This document shows, in pieces, positions 28,773 through 38,768 of a stretch of DNA of 64,000 bases (the first letter of the stretch is position 1; the number at the start of each line of letters is the position of its first letter). This stretch comes from Kiritimatiellia bacterium. Lineage in GTDB: Bacteria > Verrucomicrobiota > Kiritimatiellia > UBA8416 > JAWODU01. The notes under the pieces are model-generated. The model saw nothing but the letters and a program-made list of their open reading frames with translations. It did not search any database and was not told the origin of the DNA. A program made the translations under genes and the position numbers. The stretch covers positions 1,584 to 65,583 of the forward strand of contig JAWODU010000119.1 in the NCBI GenBank assembly GCA_046483125.1. The letters are read 5' to 3'.

Positions 28773-30020
28773 CTCCCCTCTGACCTTATCCTCCAGCTCT
28801 TCAAGCGCCTTTTCCGCTTCCGACAGCAGGTCCCTGAGAACGTCTTCTCTGCGCCCGTTTCGCACCGCCTGAAGGAAAGCACAGTACTTTTCCACCACGG
28901 CCGCGAACTCTTTGCCGCGGCCTACAGCCAGTAGTCGCAGTGTAATACTTTTGCTCTTCAGCGCCGAATCAATCCACTCCGCGTCACGCAACCCGGCTAA
29001 ATCGCCGAATGCGATAAATCTGCCGGGATCTTCAGCCAGCGGTACGCCGCCTTCTCCGGGACGCAAACGGAGTTCCGTCTTGAATTGCTCAATACCCAGC
29101 GGCGTAATGGAGCCGAGGCGGTAGACCATACGCCGCTGACTCAGTATCCACTCGTCCCATCCATCCTCCATTTCCAGGATTTTGTCGTACCGTCCGATGT
29201 AAGAAAGCGCAATACCGGCGGTTATCTCTTGTCTGTCTGCAATGCGCTCAATCATCCCGGTAAAAAACCCTCTCTTGTCCGGAAGAGATTTAAGCCAGCC
29301 GAAAAAGACGCCGCACACGGCTTCGCCGGCGTCGCTTCCCCCCGACGCAAGTATTTCCGCCGCCGTCGGCACCAGTCCCTCCCGCCACATCCGGTAAACA
29401 CGGTGCCCGTTTCGCGCTCTCAGGGCGGGATACAGGTCCTCGGCCAGGCCGTACCACAGCCAAAAGGGAATCCTGCTTCCCTGCGGTCCGCCCGGGCCCG
29501 CCTTCAAACCCTTCCGGAGCCTCATGCCGGCAATCTTCGCTTCAAGCAGTACCCTGCAAAGTGCGGCCTGGGCTTTTCTCCCGTCAACTTCGGGATAACC
29601 GTTGAGTATCAGCCTCTGGATGAACTTGCCGTTTTCGAAGGAAATCGTTCTCAGTATCCGTCCTTCCGGCATGCCCTCGGCACCTTTGCCTCCGCCGGTC
29701 TGCGTTTCCCGGGCCTGCGGCCCGCGAAGCACGATAAAGACATCACATTCCCCGCCCGTGGACAGATCCACGCCGAGTGCTTTTTCAGCTTTTGAAGCCG
29801 TTTCCTCGGCCCATGAGCCGATTTGCATATTGTACCGGGCGTTTGTGCTTGAAACCAGGAAGCGGCCGCCGGGACTCCTGGCGACCCGAAAAGAGCGGTA
29901 AAGACCGGCGGCAGTGCTTTCGGCGGCGTCGCTTCCAGCACCGACAGACGCCCCGATAAGGATAACAAGTACCGGGAAAAGAGCGCGGCACCGCATGCCG
30001 CCTTGCGCGGGGTGAATCAT
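28734..30020 (-). CDS. Hypothetical exported protein
   Basis: The start ATG at 30020 forms an ATGA overlap with the upstream gene's stop. Signal peptide MRCRALFPVLVILIGASVGAG. No family recognised. Confidence 0.5.
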   Translation of the reverse strand: MIHPAQGGMRCRALFPVLVILIGASVGAGSDAAESTAAGLYRSFRVARSPGGRFLVSSTNARYNMQIGSWAEETASKAEKALGVDLSTGGECDVFIVLRGPQARETQTGGGKGAEGMPEGRILRTISFENGKFIQRLILNGYPEVDGRKAQAALCRVLLEAKIAGMRLRKGLKAGPGGPQGSRIPFWLWYGLAEDLYPALRARNGHRVYRMWREGLVPTAAEILASGGSDAGEAVCGVFFGWLKSLPDKRGFFTGMIERIADRQEITAGIALSYIGRYDKILEMEDGWDEWILSQRRMVYRLGSITPLGIEQFKTELRLRPGEGGVPLAEDPGRFIAFGDLAGLRDAEWIDSALKSKSITLRLLAVGRGKEFAAVVEKYCAFLQAVRNGRREDVLRDLLSEAEKALEELEDKVRGEMAEDGGRMTDDR

Positions 30021-30700
30021 TTTTCGATCATCACCGTCAGTTTGTCGTCCGAAATTTCCATTTCGGCAACACCCGCGATCTTCTTCCATTCCTCCGTCCG
30101 GCTCACTACATCGCGAATCCTGCCTTCCGCAATGCCTTTCAGCGGCCCGGGGAGGCGCATGTGCCCTACCCACCCCTTGGCCACGAACAGTTCGCCGTTC
30201 CACGGATAACAGAGAATCTCGTAAGACATGTGTGCCGTCCACTTGAATTTAACAAGGGGCAGTGTGAATAGTTTTTTAACCATTCTTACCTTGCACGCTC
30301 CATTGCTGAGAGAAGCGCTGAAGCCTTCAAGGTCCATTTTTTCAGCCTTGTGCCTCAGCATTCCGTTTATGTCCTTTTCACTGAACTCGAGGCGCGCCCT
30401 CTGGCCGGTCCGCAGACGCTCAATAACGCCTATGCCGCGGGCGACCCTGTTTTTACCGACGGCGGTGCCCTCTTCTCCCAGAGTACCCATCCTGGGCCAC
30501 AGTATTATACCGATGAGACCGGCAACCAGTACAACCGCCGCCAGGACAAGCTTGCGCCAGTGTTTCTGCATCCAGCTTACTTTCTGGGTCTCGGCCAGAT
30601 TCTGAGAACTCATCCTGCTCAAGTCGAGCTTGTTGCCGCACGACACACAGAAAACACGACCCAGAGGGTTTTCGGATCCGCATTTCGGACATGTAATCAT
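30017..30700 (-). CDS. Zinc-ribbon, single-pass membrane protein (MITCPKCGSENPLGRVFCVSCGNKL + TM + periplasmic domain)
   Basis: CxxC..CxxC N-terminus followed by hydrophobic LVLAAVVLVAGLIGIILW. ATGA overlaps on both sides. Confidence 0.55.
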   Translation of the reverse strand: MITCPKCGSENPLGRVFCVSCGNKLDLSRMSSQNLAETQKVSWMQKHWRKLVLAAVVLVAGLIGIILWPRMGTLGEEGTAVGKNRVARGIGVIERLRTGQRARLEFSEKDINGMLRHKAEKMDLEGFSASLSNGACKVRMVKKLFTLPLVKFKWTAHMSYEILCYPWNGELFVAKGWVGHMRLPGPLKGIAEGRIRDVVSRTEEWKKIAGVAEMEISDDKLTVMIEK

Positions 30701-31029
30701 AATTGCACCTTTTGAGCGTCTTTCTTGCCCTTCGTTTCCCCGGTTTTTTTCTTCTGCGCCGGCTCGCTTTTTCCTCCGGATTCCTTTTTGCCGCCGTCAG
30801 CGCCGCCCGTCTTCTCCGTATCCTTCTCGGCGGCTTTCTTATAGCTCTCACTCCGATAATCCGTCTCGTAAAAGCCGGAGCCCTTGAACAGAATCCCCGC
30901 GCCTACTCCAAGAACCCGTCTCACCTTGCCCCGGCATTCGGGACAGCGCTTTCTGGGCTCATCGGTCATGCTCTGAAACAGTTCGAAACTATGGCCGCAT
31001 TTCAGACATTCATATTCGTACGTAGGCAT
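30697..31029 (-). CDS. FmdB-family zinc-ribbon protein with Lys/Glu-rich tail
   Basis: MPTYEYECLKCGHSFE..RCPECRG matches the CxxC_CxxC_SSSS family. Start chosen at M56 of the longer ORF. Confidence 0.7.
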   Translation of the reverse strand: MPTYEYECLKCGHSFELFQSMTDEPRKRCPECRGKVRRVLGVGAGILFKGSGFYETDYRSESYKKAAEKDTEKTGGADGGKKESGGKSEPAQKKKTGETKGKKDAQKVQL

Positions 31030-31224
31030 ACGGGTATCCCGGAGTTGAAATTCGCACTGGAATGTACCCTGTTTTGCCCCCCCTGTCAATCCGCTTAAAA
31101 GCACGACGGGGCCGGGGGGAGCGCAAGCCACTTCCGCGGGGTTTCTGTCTGAAGCAGAGCTTGCTTGATGATCCCATGGTCGTGTACCTTGCAATGACGA
31201 AGCAAGAAGTACCCAAGCCCGGAA

Positions 31225-31268
31225 GAACCCTGAACCTTGAACCCCAAGCGGATTTCAAGTCCGCCTGG
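31225..31268. repeat. Family E motif copy 2 (GAACCCTGAACCTTGAACCCCAAGCGGATTTCAAGTCCGCC)
   Basis: Near-identical to 1091..1122. Hairpin GCGGA-TTTCAAG-TCCGC. Lies in the divergent region between the FmdB gene and ispA. Confidence 0.7.
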
Positions 31269-31318
31269 CCAGGCCTCTTTATTCTTGCCCGGGACGTATT
31301 TCAGGATAAGCTCCTTTT

Positions 31319-32176
31319 ATGGGTTTTGATCTGGCACACTACATGGAAGAAAAACAACGCGCCGTGGATGCCGCGCTCGATCAGGTACTGCCGCCCGAAA
31401 CCGAGTGGCCCGCGACTCTGCACAGGGCAATGCGCTACAGCGTGTTCAGCGGCGGCAAACGTATCCGCCCTGTACTATGTATCGCTTCATGCGCCGCGTG
31501 CGGCGGTTCATCCGCTTCCGCCATGCCGGCGGCCGCGGCGATAGAGCTGATCCACGCTTATACTCTGGTCCACGACGATCTGCCCGCCATGGATAACGAC
31601 GCCGTGAGACGCGGTCGGCCTTCCTGCCACGCCGCCTTCGGCGAGGCAGACGCGATTCTCACGGGCGACGCCCTGCAGACCCTGGCGTTCGGAACACTCT
31701 CCACGGCTTCTTCCGTTCCCGTTATTCGTCTGATATCCGAACTGGCGGACGCCGCAGGGAGTACCGGCATAGCCGGCGGACAGGCCGAGGACATTTCAAC
31801 TTCGACTCAGGCAATCACGGCCCGGGAAATCGAAAGAATCCACCTCAAGAAGACCGCCGCTCTTTTCCGTTGTTCGACGCGGGCCGGAGCGCTGTGCGCA
31901 CGGGCTTCGGAGAAACAGATAGCGGCGCTTTCGGTATACGGGGAAAGTCTCGGACTGGCATTTCAAATAACCGACGACCTTCTCGACGCGGACACAACCG
32001 GCCCCTGCGGCGGCCTTGAAAAAGTTTCCTGTCTCAGAGTCTACGACAGGAACTTTGCGCAAGAACGCGCGGAACAAATGGGCGAAAAAGCGAGAAGAGC
32101 CATCAACGGTATTTTCGAGAAGGACACCGAACCACTGGAAGCCCTGGCCATGTTTTCCATACGGCGGAACAGCTGA
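31319..32176 (+). CDS. ispA: Polyprenyl diphosphate synthase (farnesyl/geranylgeranyl diphosphate synthase)
   Basis: First and second Asp-rich motifs are present (LVHDDLPAMDNDAVRRG; ITDDLLD). Confidence 0.85.
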   Translation: MGFDLAHYMEEKQRAVDAALDQVLPPETEWPATLHRAMRYSVFSGGKRIRPVLCIASCAACGGSSASAMPAAAAIELIHAYTLVHDDLPAMDNDAVRRGRPSCHAAFGEADAILTGDALQTLAFGTLSTASSVPVIRLISELADAAGSTGIAGGQAEDISTSTQAITAREIERIHLKKTAALFRCSTRAGALCARASEKQIAALSVYGESLGLAFQITDDLLDADTTGPCGGLEKVSCLRVYDRNFAQERAEQMGEKARRAINGIFEKDTEPLEALAMFSIRRNS

Positions 32177-32820
32177 TGAACAGAACATTGATATACATCT
32201 CAGCAGTTGCGGTATCCTATTTCCTGGGCGCTGTGCCCACGGGACTACTGGCTGGCCGTGCCGGGGGCGTTGATATACGCACATCCGGCAGTGGCAACAT
32301 CGGAGCTACAAACGTCTTTCGCGTTCTCGGGGCCCGCTGGGGCGTAACGGTGCTGATCCTTGATATCGCCAAGGGCTTCGTTCCAGCTTTTTTCTTCCCG
32401 ATTATTGTTTCGTGGCTGAGCGGCCCAGCGGAAACGGGAACGGAGTTCGGCATGTTGTGTGGTTTCATGGCGGTAATCGGTCATAACTGGCCGGTTTATC
32501 TCAAGTTCAAGGGCGGCAAGGGCGTGGCCGCAAGCCTGGGCATGCTGGCGGGCATAGCGTGGATTTCCGTCCTGTGGGGGATGGGAGTGTGGATTGTTTT
32601 CACGACGGTTACCCGTTACGTTTCAGCCGGGTCCATTGCCGCCGCGCTTACCGTCGCAGTGACCGGATGGTTCTTCCATGCAAAAGAAGGCCCGCTTCTG
32701 CCCGCTGTCTTGACTGTACTGGCGGGCATTGTAGTATGGCGGCATAGAAAGAACATAATCAGATTGATGAACGGCACCGAAAACCGGATACACTTTTCCG
32801 GGAAAAGCCATGACAGATAA
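32176..32820 (+). CDS. plsY: Glycerol-3-phosphate acyltransferase PlsY
   Basis: GSGNIGATNVFRVLG motif. 214 aa membrane protein. Confidence 0.9.
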   Translation: MNRTLIYISAVAVSYFLGAVPTGLLAGRAGGVDIRTSGSGNIGATNVFRVLGARWGVTVLILDIAKGFVPAFFFPIIVSWLSGPAETGTEFGMLCGFMAVIGHNWPVYLKFKGGKGVAASLGMLAGIAWISVLWGMGVWIVFTTVTRYVSAGSIAAALTVAVTGWFFHAKEGPLLPAVLTVLAGIVVWRHRKNIIRLMNGTENRIHFSGKSHDR

Positions 32821-33802
32821 AGCAGTTGTAATCGGAGACGGCGGATGGGGCACCGCCCTGGCCCTTTTGCTGACCGGGAACGGCGCTTCGACAACCATCT
32901 GGAGCGCCTTTCCGGAACATGTCGAGGAATTCACAGAAAAGCGTGAAAATACTTTCTTTCTCCCCGGCGTGCCTCTTCCGGAAGAAATTCGCATCACGCA
33001 TGACCGCCTCGAAGCCGTAGACGGCGCGAGTCTGGCGATTCTTGCCGTGCCGTCAAAGTATTTCGCTTCGGTTGCCGCCTCTTTCAAGGATATCCTTCCG
33101 GATCAATGCCGTGTTCTGACTGTAGCCAAGGGTCTGGCGCCGGAAACATTCCAGAGAATGAGCCAGGTGGCGGAACGGGCGCTCGACAAAAAGCCCGTAG
33201 CGGCGCTCTCCGGTCCCAGCCATGCAGAAGAGGTAGCCAGAAAAGTACCGACCGCGGTCGTTGCCGCGTCGCCGGACACGGAGTACTGCCGCTGGATTCA
33301 GAAACTTCTGACCAACGAAAGATTCCGGGTTTACACATCGCCGGATATCGTAGGCGTCGAATTAGGCGGCGCGCTTAAAAACGTTATCGCCCTGGCCGTG
33401 GGTATAGGCGACGGCCTGGGATTCGGCGACAACACCAGGGGCGCTTTAATTACCCGGGGCCTGGCCGAAATATCGCGGCTGGGATGCGCTCTTGGCGGGA
33501 AGCCGGAAACCTTTGCCGGCCTGAGCGGCATGGGCGATTTGATAGCCACATGCACCGGCCGCTACAGCAGAAACCGCCACGTCGGCGAACGCCTCGGCAA
33601 AGGAGAAAAGCTGGCCGACATCCAGGCCGCCATGAAACAGGTCGCAGAAGGCGTCGATAACTGCGACGCGGCTCACAGTCTTGCCGGGCGGGAGGGGCTC
33701 GAAATGCCTATAACCGACCAGGTCCACGCGCTTCTCCGGCGCGGCGCCGATCCCCTGGACGCCGTCCGCTTGCTCATGCACAGAGAACCGAAACCGGAAT
33801 AG
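32810..33802 (+). CDS. gpsA: NAD(P)H-dependent glycerol-3-phosphate dehydrogenase
   Basis: VIGDGGWGTALA Rossmann motif and GpsA C-terminal domain. Confidence 0.9.
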   Translation: MTDKAVVIGDGGWGTALALLLTGNGASTTIWSAFPEHVEEFTEKRENTFFLPGVPLPEEIRITHDRLEAVDGASLAILAVPSKYFASVAASFKDILPDQCRVLTVAKGLAPETFQRMSQVAERALDKKPVAALSGPSHAEEVARKVPTAVVAASPDTEYCRWIQKLLTNERFRVYTSPDIVGVELGGALKNVIALAVGIGDGLGFGDNTRGALITRGLAEISRLGCALGGKPETFAGLSGMGDLIATCTGRYSRNRHVGERLGKGEKLADIQAAMKQVAEGVDNCDAAHSLAGREGLEMPITDQVHALLRRGADPLDAVRLLMHREPKPE

Positions 33803-33814
33803 CCGGCACCAGCC

Positions 33815-35713
33815 TCAAGAGGCCGAAGCCTCGCGGCGGCGCTGAAGCAGGACCTGCGCAATCGACAGGCATTGGCTCACCGTCCAGTACAGCAGAAGCG
33901 CCGACGGCATGCTGTAAAGAACAAACAGCAGTACAACCGGCATAATGGTCATCATCTTCTGCTGTTGCGAGTCCCCGCCGGCGGTCGTCAGTTTCTGCTG
34001 CCAGTACATGGTAACGGCCATCAGAAGAGGCAATATATTCAGCGAGTCTATCAGCGGAAGTTTTTCAAACAAAGCGGTGCCGGCAAAAAGGGCCTCCGGC
34101 TCGCTCAAATCTCTTATCCACAGGAAAGAAGCAAACCTCAACTCCACCGCACTGCGCAGAACCGTAAACAGGGCGATAAATACCGGCATCTGTACAAGTA
34201 TCGGCAGACACCCCGCCATCGGATTAACACCGTGCTCTTTGTACAGAGCCATGGTCGCCCTCTGAAGTTTCTGAGGATCTCCTTTGTGTTTTTCCCGCAA
34301 TGCAGTCAGTTCCGGCTGTAACTTCTGCATTTTTTTCATGCTCTCCGTGCTTTTGTGAGTCACCGGCCAGAACAGAACACGCACGATAAACGTCAGAATT
34401 ATGATCGCCGCACCGTAATTGGGCATGAAGCTGTGAATTCCGTTCAACGTCCAAAGCATGATTATGCAGAGGCCCCGCCACCAGTCCCACCAGGCGTACA
34501 GCATTACCTCGTCCTGCCTTTTCCCCAGGTCCTTCAGCAGAGAATATTTCTTGGGGCCGATGTAACACTGTGCGGTTCTTTTAAAGCTTTCTCCGGGCTG
34601 AAGAAGGGCTTCGTCGAAAATCATTTCCGCCCGGACCGAATCGAGTACGGCAGAGGCCATCCAGGTGCCCCGTTTCCGAGGATCTTCCGTTTCCGGAACA
34701 TTTCTCCGGGCGCTTACACGGAGCGCCGCGGCGGGCTCCGCCGCGGACATCAACTGGACAAAGAACTTGTTTTTGGCCGCAATCCAGTCCGTGGCATTCG
34801 TTCTTGTAAAACTGACAGAGTGCGGCAGAGGTTCATCGAGCCCGGGCTTGAAGCACGCGAAACCTCCGCGCTTGCCTTTCTTTCTGAATCTTTCGGCAAG
34901 GCTCGCCTTATCGTCCTTTGGACCCTTCTTGACCCAGTGGATCACGTCCCTGCCGCCCCCCGCGGGAAGAGAGTCAACGCCAAGGTAGGAGAAACGCCTG
35001 CTCTGTTTGGACTGGGTCTCTATCGTGCTCATCGGGCCCAGGCTCATGCCATAAGGAGGAACTGCCCTGGGTTCATCGCCCGTGTTCGTAAAAGTATCCG
35101 TAACAATCAGCTTGTAGCCGTTAGTGACGATGAAGGTACGTTCAAGTTTGAATCCCCCGCTTTCTCTCACGATCATCACCATCCTGCCCGACGAATCCCT
35201 GGAAACCGTGAAATCGTTGTTCGTAGTGAAGCCGGGAAAATCCACCAGCGACAGGGCGGGCCCGGCGGAAAATTCCAGTCTCAGGGGACCGCTGTCTTCC
35301 TCCAGGCCCGCCCTGTATTCCTGAAGTTCCGCGCCCACTATTCCGCCGCCCCGCGACGAAACAGTAAACCGCGAGCGGTCCGACCCGAAAACAACCGTCT
35401 TTTCCGGCAAGCCGTGACCTTCATCCGTTAATCCATACTTCTCCTCGATAAGGTTCGATCTTTCCGGTTCCGGGTGTTCGTCTTTTTCTTTCCGCTTTTC
35501 GCCCGCGGCCCGGAGACCTCTTTCCCCCGCACCGGCCCCCGGGTCCGCGCCGAACCTTCCCGGATCTTCGGCATCTTCCCCGGTTGTTTCGACCGCCTTT
35601 TCTGCCGTTGCAGGCCGCAAAGGGGCCTGGTTTTCTCGCCCGCTGTTCCAGAACCCCCACCCCAGAAGCAGTAGAAACAGCAATACGATTATCGCTATAT
35701 CAGACTTGTTCAT
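33815..35713 (-). CDS. yidC: Membrane protein insertase YidC
   Basis: Large periplasmic domain plus conserved C-terminal 5-TM core (..LPILVQMPVFIALF..). Start chosen at MNKSDIAIIVLLFLLLL. Confidence 0.85.
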   Translation of the reverse strand: MNKSDIAIIVLLFLLLLGWGFWNSGRENQAPLRPATAEKAVETTGEDAEDPGRFGADPGAGAGERGLRAAGEKRKEKDEHPEPERSNLIEEKYGLTDEGHGLPEKTVVFGSDRSRFTVSSRGGGIVGAELQEYRAGLEEDSGPLRLEFSAGPALSLVDFPGFTTNNDFTVSRDSSGRMVMIVRESGGFKLERTFIVTNGYKLIVTDTFTNTGDEPRAVPPYGMSLGPMSTIETQSKQSRRFSYLGVDSLPAGGGRDVIHWVKKGPKDDKASLAERFRKKGKRGGFACFKPGLDEPLPHSVSFTRTNATDWIAAKNKFFVQLMSAAEPAAALRVSARRNVPETEDPRKRGTWMASAVLDSVRAEMIFDEALLQPGESFKRTAQCYIGPKKYSLLKDLGKRQDEVMLYAWWDWWRGLCIIMLWTLNGIHSFMPNYGAAIIILTFIVRVLFWPVTHKSTESMKKMQKLQPELTALREKHKGDPQKLQRATMALYKEHGVNPMAGCLPILVQMPVFIALFTVLRSAVELRFASFLWIRDLSEPEALFAGTALFEKLPLIDSLNILPLLMAVTMYWQQKLTTAGGDSQQQKMMTIMPVVLLFVLYSMPSALLLYWTVSQCLSIAQVLLQRRREASAS

Positions 35714-35717
35714 GTCG

Positions 35718-35972
35718 TTAAGACCTTCTTCCTGACGGATCTGCGCCCGGCACCGGATCAAAACCTCCCGGATGCAGGGGGTGGCATTTCAGAACGCGAA
35801 CAATGCCCAGTTTCAGTCCCCTCGCCGCGCCGCGCCGCCGCACGGCTTCCAGGCAATAAGCCGAACACGAAGGATAAAATCTGCAGGAATTTCCCAGAAG
35901 AGGAGAAACAAGCGACTGATACGCTCGAATCACAAGGATCAGAAGCTTTGCCGGAATGCTTGCGTTTTTCAT
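35718..35972 (-). CDS. yidD: Membrane protein insertion efficiency factor YidD
   Basis: [15 protein letters not shown]...HPGGFDPVP motif. Confidence 0.8.
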   Translation of the reverse strand: MKNASIPAKLLILVIRAYQSLVSPLLGNSCRFYPSCSAYCLEAVRRRGAARGLKLGIVRVLKCHPLHPGGFDPVPGADPSGRRS

Positions 35973-36002
35973 GTCAGAAATTTCCATAATCCCATGGCGC
36001 AA

Positions 36003-36434
36003 TCAACACCGCTGTTTCCCTTCGCCGGCTGTTTTGTGTTTTGCGCTCAACGCCGTTTTAAGAATTCCCTCTTTCCGGGCGAGAACCAGCAGGTCCTTTT
36101 CAACCTCCTGTCTTTTCACGCCCAGTATCGGTTTTCTGGCGATAAGAATCACGTCGTTCGTTCCGCTGAACCTGTGCCGGTTCAGACGATAAGCTTCACG
36201 AAGAAGTCTTTTGGCCCTTACGCGGTCCACCGACCGCCGGAATGTCCGTTTTCCGGCAATCACGCCCAGCCGTCCCCGGCCTTCATCCCCGGATACACGA
36301 AGAACGATGAACCGTCCCGCCCTGCCGCCTCTCCGGCTCATCGCTCTTGAGAACACTTTCGACTCTCGAATACGCCGTGTCCGGCCAAGACGCCTGTCAT
36401 GGGACGGCCCGCCTCTCGGGGACCCCTCGCGCAT
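36003..36434 (-). CDS. rnpA: Ribonuclease P protein component
   Basis: Basic 143 aa protein in the conserved rpmH-rnpA-yidD-yidC context. Confidence 0.8.
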   Translation of the reverse strand: MREGSPRGGPSHDRRLGRTRRIRESKVFSRAMSRRGGRAGRFIVLRVSGDEGRGRLGVIAGKRTFRRSVDRVRAKRLLREAYRLNRHRFSGTNDVILIARKPILGVKRQEVEKDLLVLARKEGILKTALSAKHKTAGEGKQRC

Positions 36435-36568
36435 TATTTGGCCACTTTCTTACGCCCTTTACGCCGCCTCCGGGCTATAATCTGCCTCCCTCCCCGGGTT
36501 GACATTCGCGCCCTGAAGCCGACCTTTCTCTTTCTCTTTACCTTGGAAGGCTGATATGTTCGTTTCAT
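36434..36568 (-). CDS. rpmH: 50S ribosomal protein L34
   Basis: Absent from ORF track (<60 aa). The minus-strand translation is [44 protein letters not shown]. Its stop overlaps the rnpA ATG (TAATG). Confidence 0.85.
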   Translation of the reverse strand: MKRTYQPSKVKRKRKVGFRARMSTRGGRQIIARRRRKGRKKVAK

Positions 36569-36578
36569 TTCCTCTCCA

Positions 36579-37418
36579 TTATTCGGCGGCTTTACGGAGA
36601 ACAGCCTCGCTGATCGACCTGCCGTCGGTCAGAACGGGAGTTTCCCTGGGCCTCCATCCCCGCCGTTTTGCTTTGGCCACCTGATAATGGCCCTTAGTGA
36701 AAAAAAGCAATAAATCCAACTGTGAAGCAATATTGTAAAATATGTTGCCGGCCGTACGCAGCCGATCCAGCGACGCGCCCGTCTGCCCCTGCCGCACTTT
36801 TCTCTTCTCCAGGCAGGCCATGATTAAACGGACAAACTCCGTAAAGAAACGCGAATACGTTTTTACCTGGCAAACGTCAAATCCATTTTTCAACACGGAA
36901 AACAACCGTGATTCGGTGTAGCCCGGCCTGGCCAGCCCGCGTGCTTCCGGCAGGAGGCCGAATACGTTCTCCATCATGCGCAGAAGACCTGCCTTTTTCG
37001 TCCTTGCCGTCGTCACAATCAGCATCCCGTCAGGCTTGAGTATCCTGTGGCATTCCCCTGCAAAAGCGGCATCATTGTCAAGTTTCTCGAGGAAATTCAG
37101 AACCAGTACCGTATCGAAGAGTTTGTCTTCAAACGGCAGAGCGTCATTGCTGAACTCGTGCACATTGTCTTTTACCAGCTGCCTTACAATCGGCGTTCTG
37201 GACGCATCGCCCGCAATCGAATGCCACTGCCCGCCGTGGCGCCTCAAGTGGTAACTGGTCAAACCGTTCTCTGCGCCGATATCCAGGCACAGCTTGCCGC
37301 GCGTATTACCGAGAAAACCCAGCACCTCGTGAAGCTGAATGCGCAAAGGCAGGTTTTTCTCAAATAATTCGACTTCCCTGCCTGCATCAGGCGTCGATTC
37401 GCCAAGAGCCTCGTTCAT
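36579..37418 (-). CDS. Class I SAM-dependent methyltransferase
   Basis: CLDIGAENG motif I and [10 protein letters not shown] post-II motif. Confidence 0.7.
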   Translation of the reverse strand: MNEALGESTPDAGREVELFEKNLPLRIQLHEVLGFLGNTRGKLCLDIGAENGLTSYHLRRHGGQWHSIAGDASRTPIVRQLVKDNVHEFSNDALPFEDKLFDTVLVLNFLEKLDNDAAFAGECHRILKPDGMLIVTTARTKKAGLLRMMENVFGLLPEARGLARPGYTESRLFSVLKNGFDVCQVKTYSRFFTEFVRLIMACLEKRKVRQGQTGASLDRLRTAGNIFYNIASQLDLLLFFTKGHYQVAKAKRRGWRPRETPVLTDGRSISEAVLRKAAE

Positions 37419-37469
37419 CCATTTTCCTCACAGTTATCGCGGTGCATTATATCCGCGCGCAAGCGCGGG

Positions 37470-38768
37470 TCAAAACAAATGCCCGGGACTTTTTTCCAGG
37501 GCATTCCACAGCATGATCCCGTTTCGGAAGGTATAAACTGCCCTGCCCGTCACGTTCCATCCTTCAAATGGAGTATTCCGCGCCCGCGAACGGAACATCG
37601 AAGAACGTATGGTGTACGGATTCTGCAAGTCAAGAAAGGTAATATCCGCGGGGGCGCCCGGCGCCAGCGACGGCACAGGCAGATTCAGAACTTTCGCGGG
37701 TCCTGCAGTCCATCGACTGATCCATTGGGCCAGTTCCATAAGCCCGCTTTTGACCATAATCGTGTAGGTTACCGGAACCGCGGTTTCAAGCCCGATAACC
37801 CCGAAAGGCGCTTCAACAAAGCCCCTCCCCTTGGCCGCAGGAGTATGAGGGGCGTGGTCGGTGGCAAAAACGGAAATCGAGCCTTCGGCAGTTGCGGCGC
37901 GGAGAGCTTCCCGATCCTTGGCACTTCCCAAAGGCGGATTCATCTTAAAATCCGGGTCAGCGGACCCGATATCCGCATCGCAGAGGGCAACATGATGGGG
38001 GGTGACTTCAGCGGATACCCGCGAATCCGACGCCTCGGCCACGGCACGGACTGAATCCCGGGACGACAAATGCTGAACATGAAGCGCGCAACCGGTTCGC
38101 CGGGCCAGTCTTATGTCACGCTCGACAATGCTCGCTTCCGCCTCAGCCGGTATTCCGGGAAGTCCCAATCGCTTCGACTCCTCTCCCTCGCGTATGACCC
38201 CCCTGCCGGCCAGCGACGGATCCAGCGCGTGATCCAGCACGGGTTTGCCAAGTGAATCTGCCTTGCGCATGGCCTGCTCCATAAGACGGCTGTCGCCAAC
38301 AGTGGAACCGTCGTCGGTAAAAGCACATGCACCGGCCTTTGCCATGGCCGGAAAATCGCCCAGGGAACCGCCGCCGCGGTTCAGCGTGACACAGGCGGCG
38401 GGCAGAATCCTCGCAAATTCAGGGCCGGAAACCTTTTCCAGCAGCCGGAGTACACGGTCGCTTGAATCGACCGGGGGAACGGTATTGGGCATCATAAGAA
38501 CCGTCGAAAAACCGCCGGCTGACGCCGCACGCGAACCGGACTCAAGAGTTTCTGCGTCGGGATCGCCCGGCTCCCGGAAATGCACGTGCATATCTATCAG
38601 GCCGGGAACGGCTGTCAACCCCGCCCCCTCAATACGGGCGACCTTTCCCGTCAAGCGTTCGGGAACGGGCCGGATGAAGCCGTTTTCGACATAAATATCC
38701 GATATTTCATCCCGGGACAAAACCGGGTCAACGACCCGCGCACCGGTTATGAGCCATGTGTCATTCAT
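37470..38768 (-). CDS. pyrC: Dihydroorotase (amidohydrolase superfamily)
   Basis: GLIDMHVHFREPG metal-binding motif. 432 aa. Confidence 0.8.
   Translation of the reverse strand: MNDTWLITGARVVDPVLSRDEISDIYVENGFIRPVPERLTGKVARIEGAGLTAVPGLIDMHVHFREPGDPDAETLESGSRAASAGGFSTVLMMPNTVPPVDSSDRVLRLLEKVSGPEFARILPAACVTLNRGGGSLGDFPAMAKAGACAFTDDGSTVGDSRLMEQAMRKADSLGKPVLDHALDPSLAGRGVIREGEESKRLGLPGIPAEAEASIVERDIRLARRTGCALHVQHLSSRDSVRAVAEASDSRVSAEVTPHHVALCDADIGSADPDFKMNPPLGSAKDREALRAATAEGSISVFATDHAPHTPAAKGRGFVEAPFGVIGLETAVPVTYTIMVKSGLMELAQWISRWTAGPAKVLNLPVPSLAPGAPADITFLDLQNPYTIRSSMFRSRARNTPFEGWNVTGRAVYTFRNGIMLWNALEKSPGHLF

Noticed and set aside
31225-31268. tRNA-Ser(UGA) / tRNA-Sec(UCA) gene, also at 1068..1126
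   Set aside because: Only an anticodon-arm-like hairpin is present. No D-arm, T-arm (GTTCRANYC) or acceptor stem could be built on either strand.
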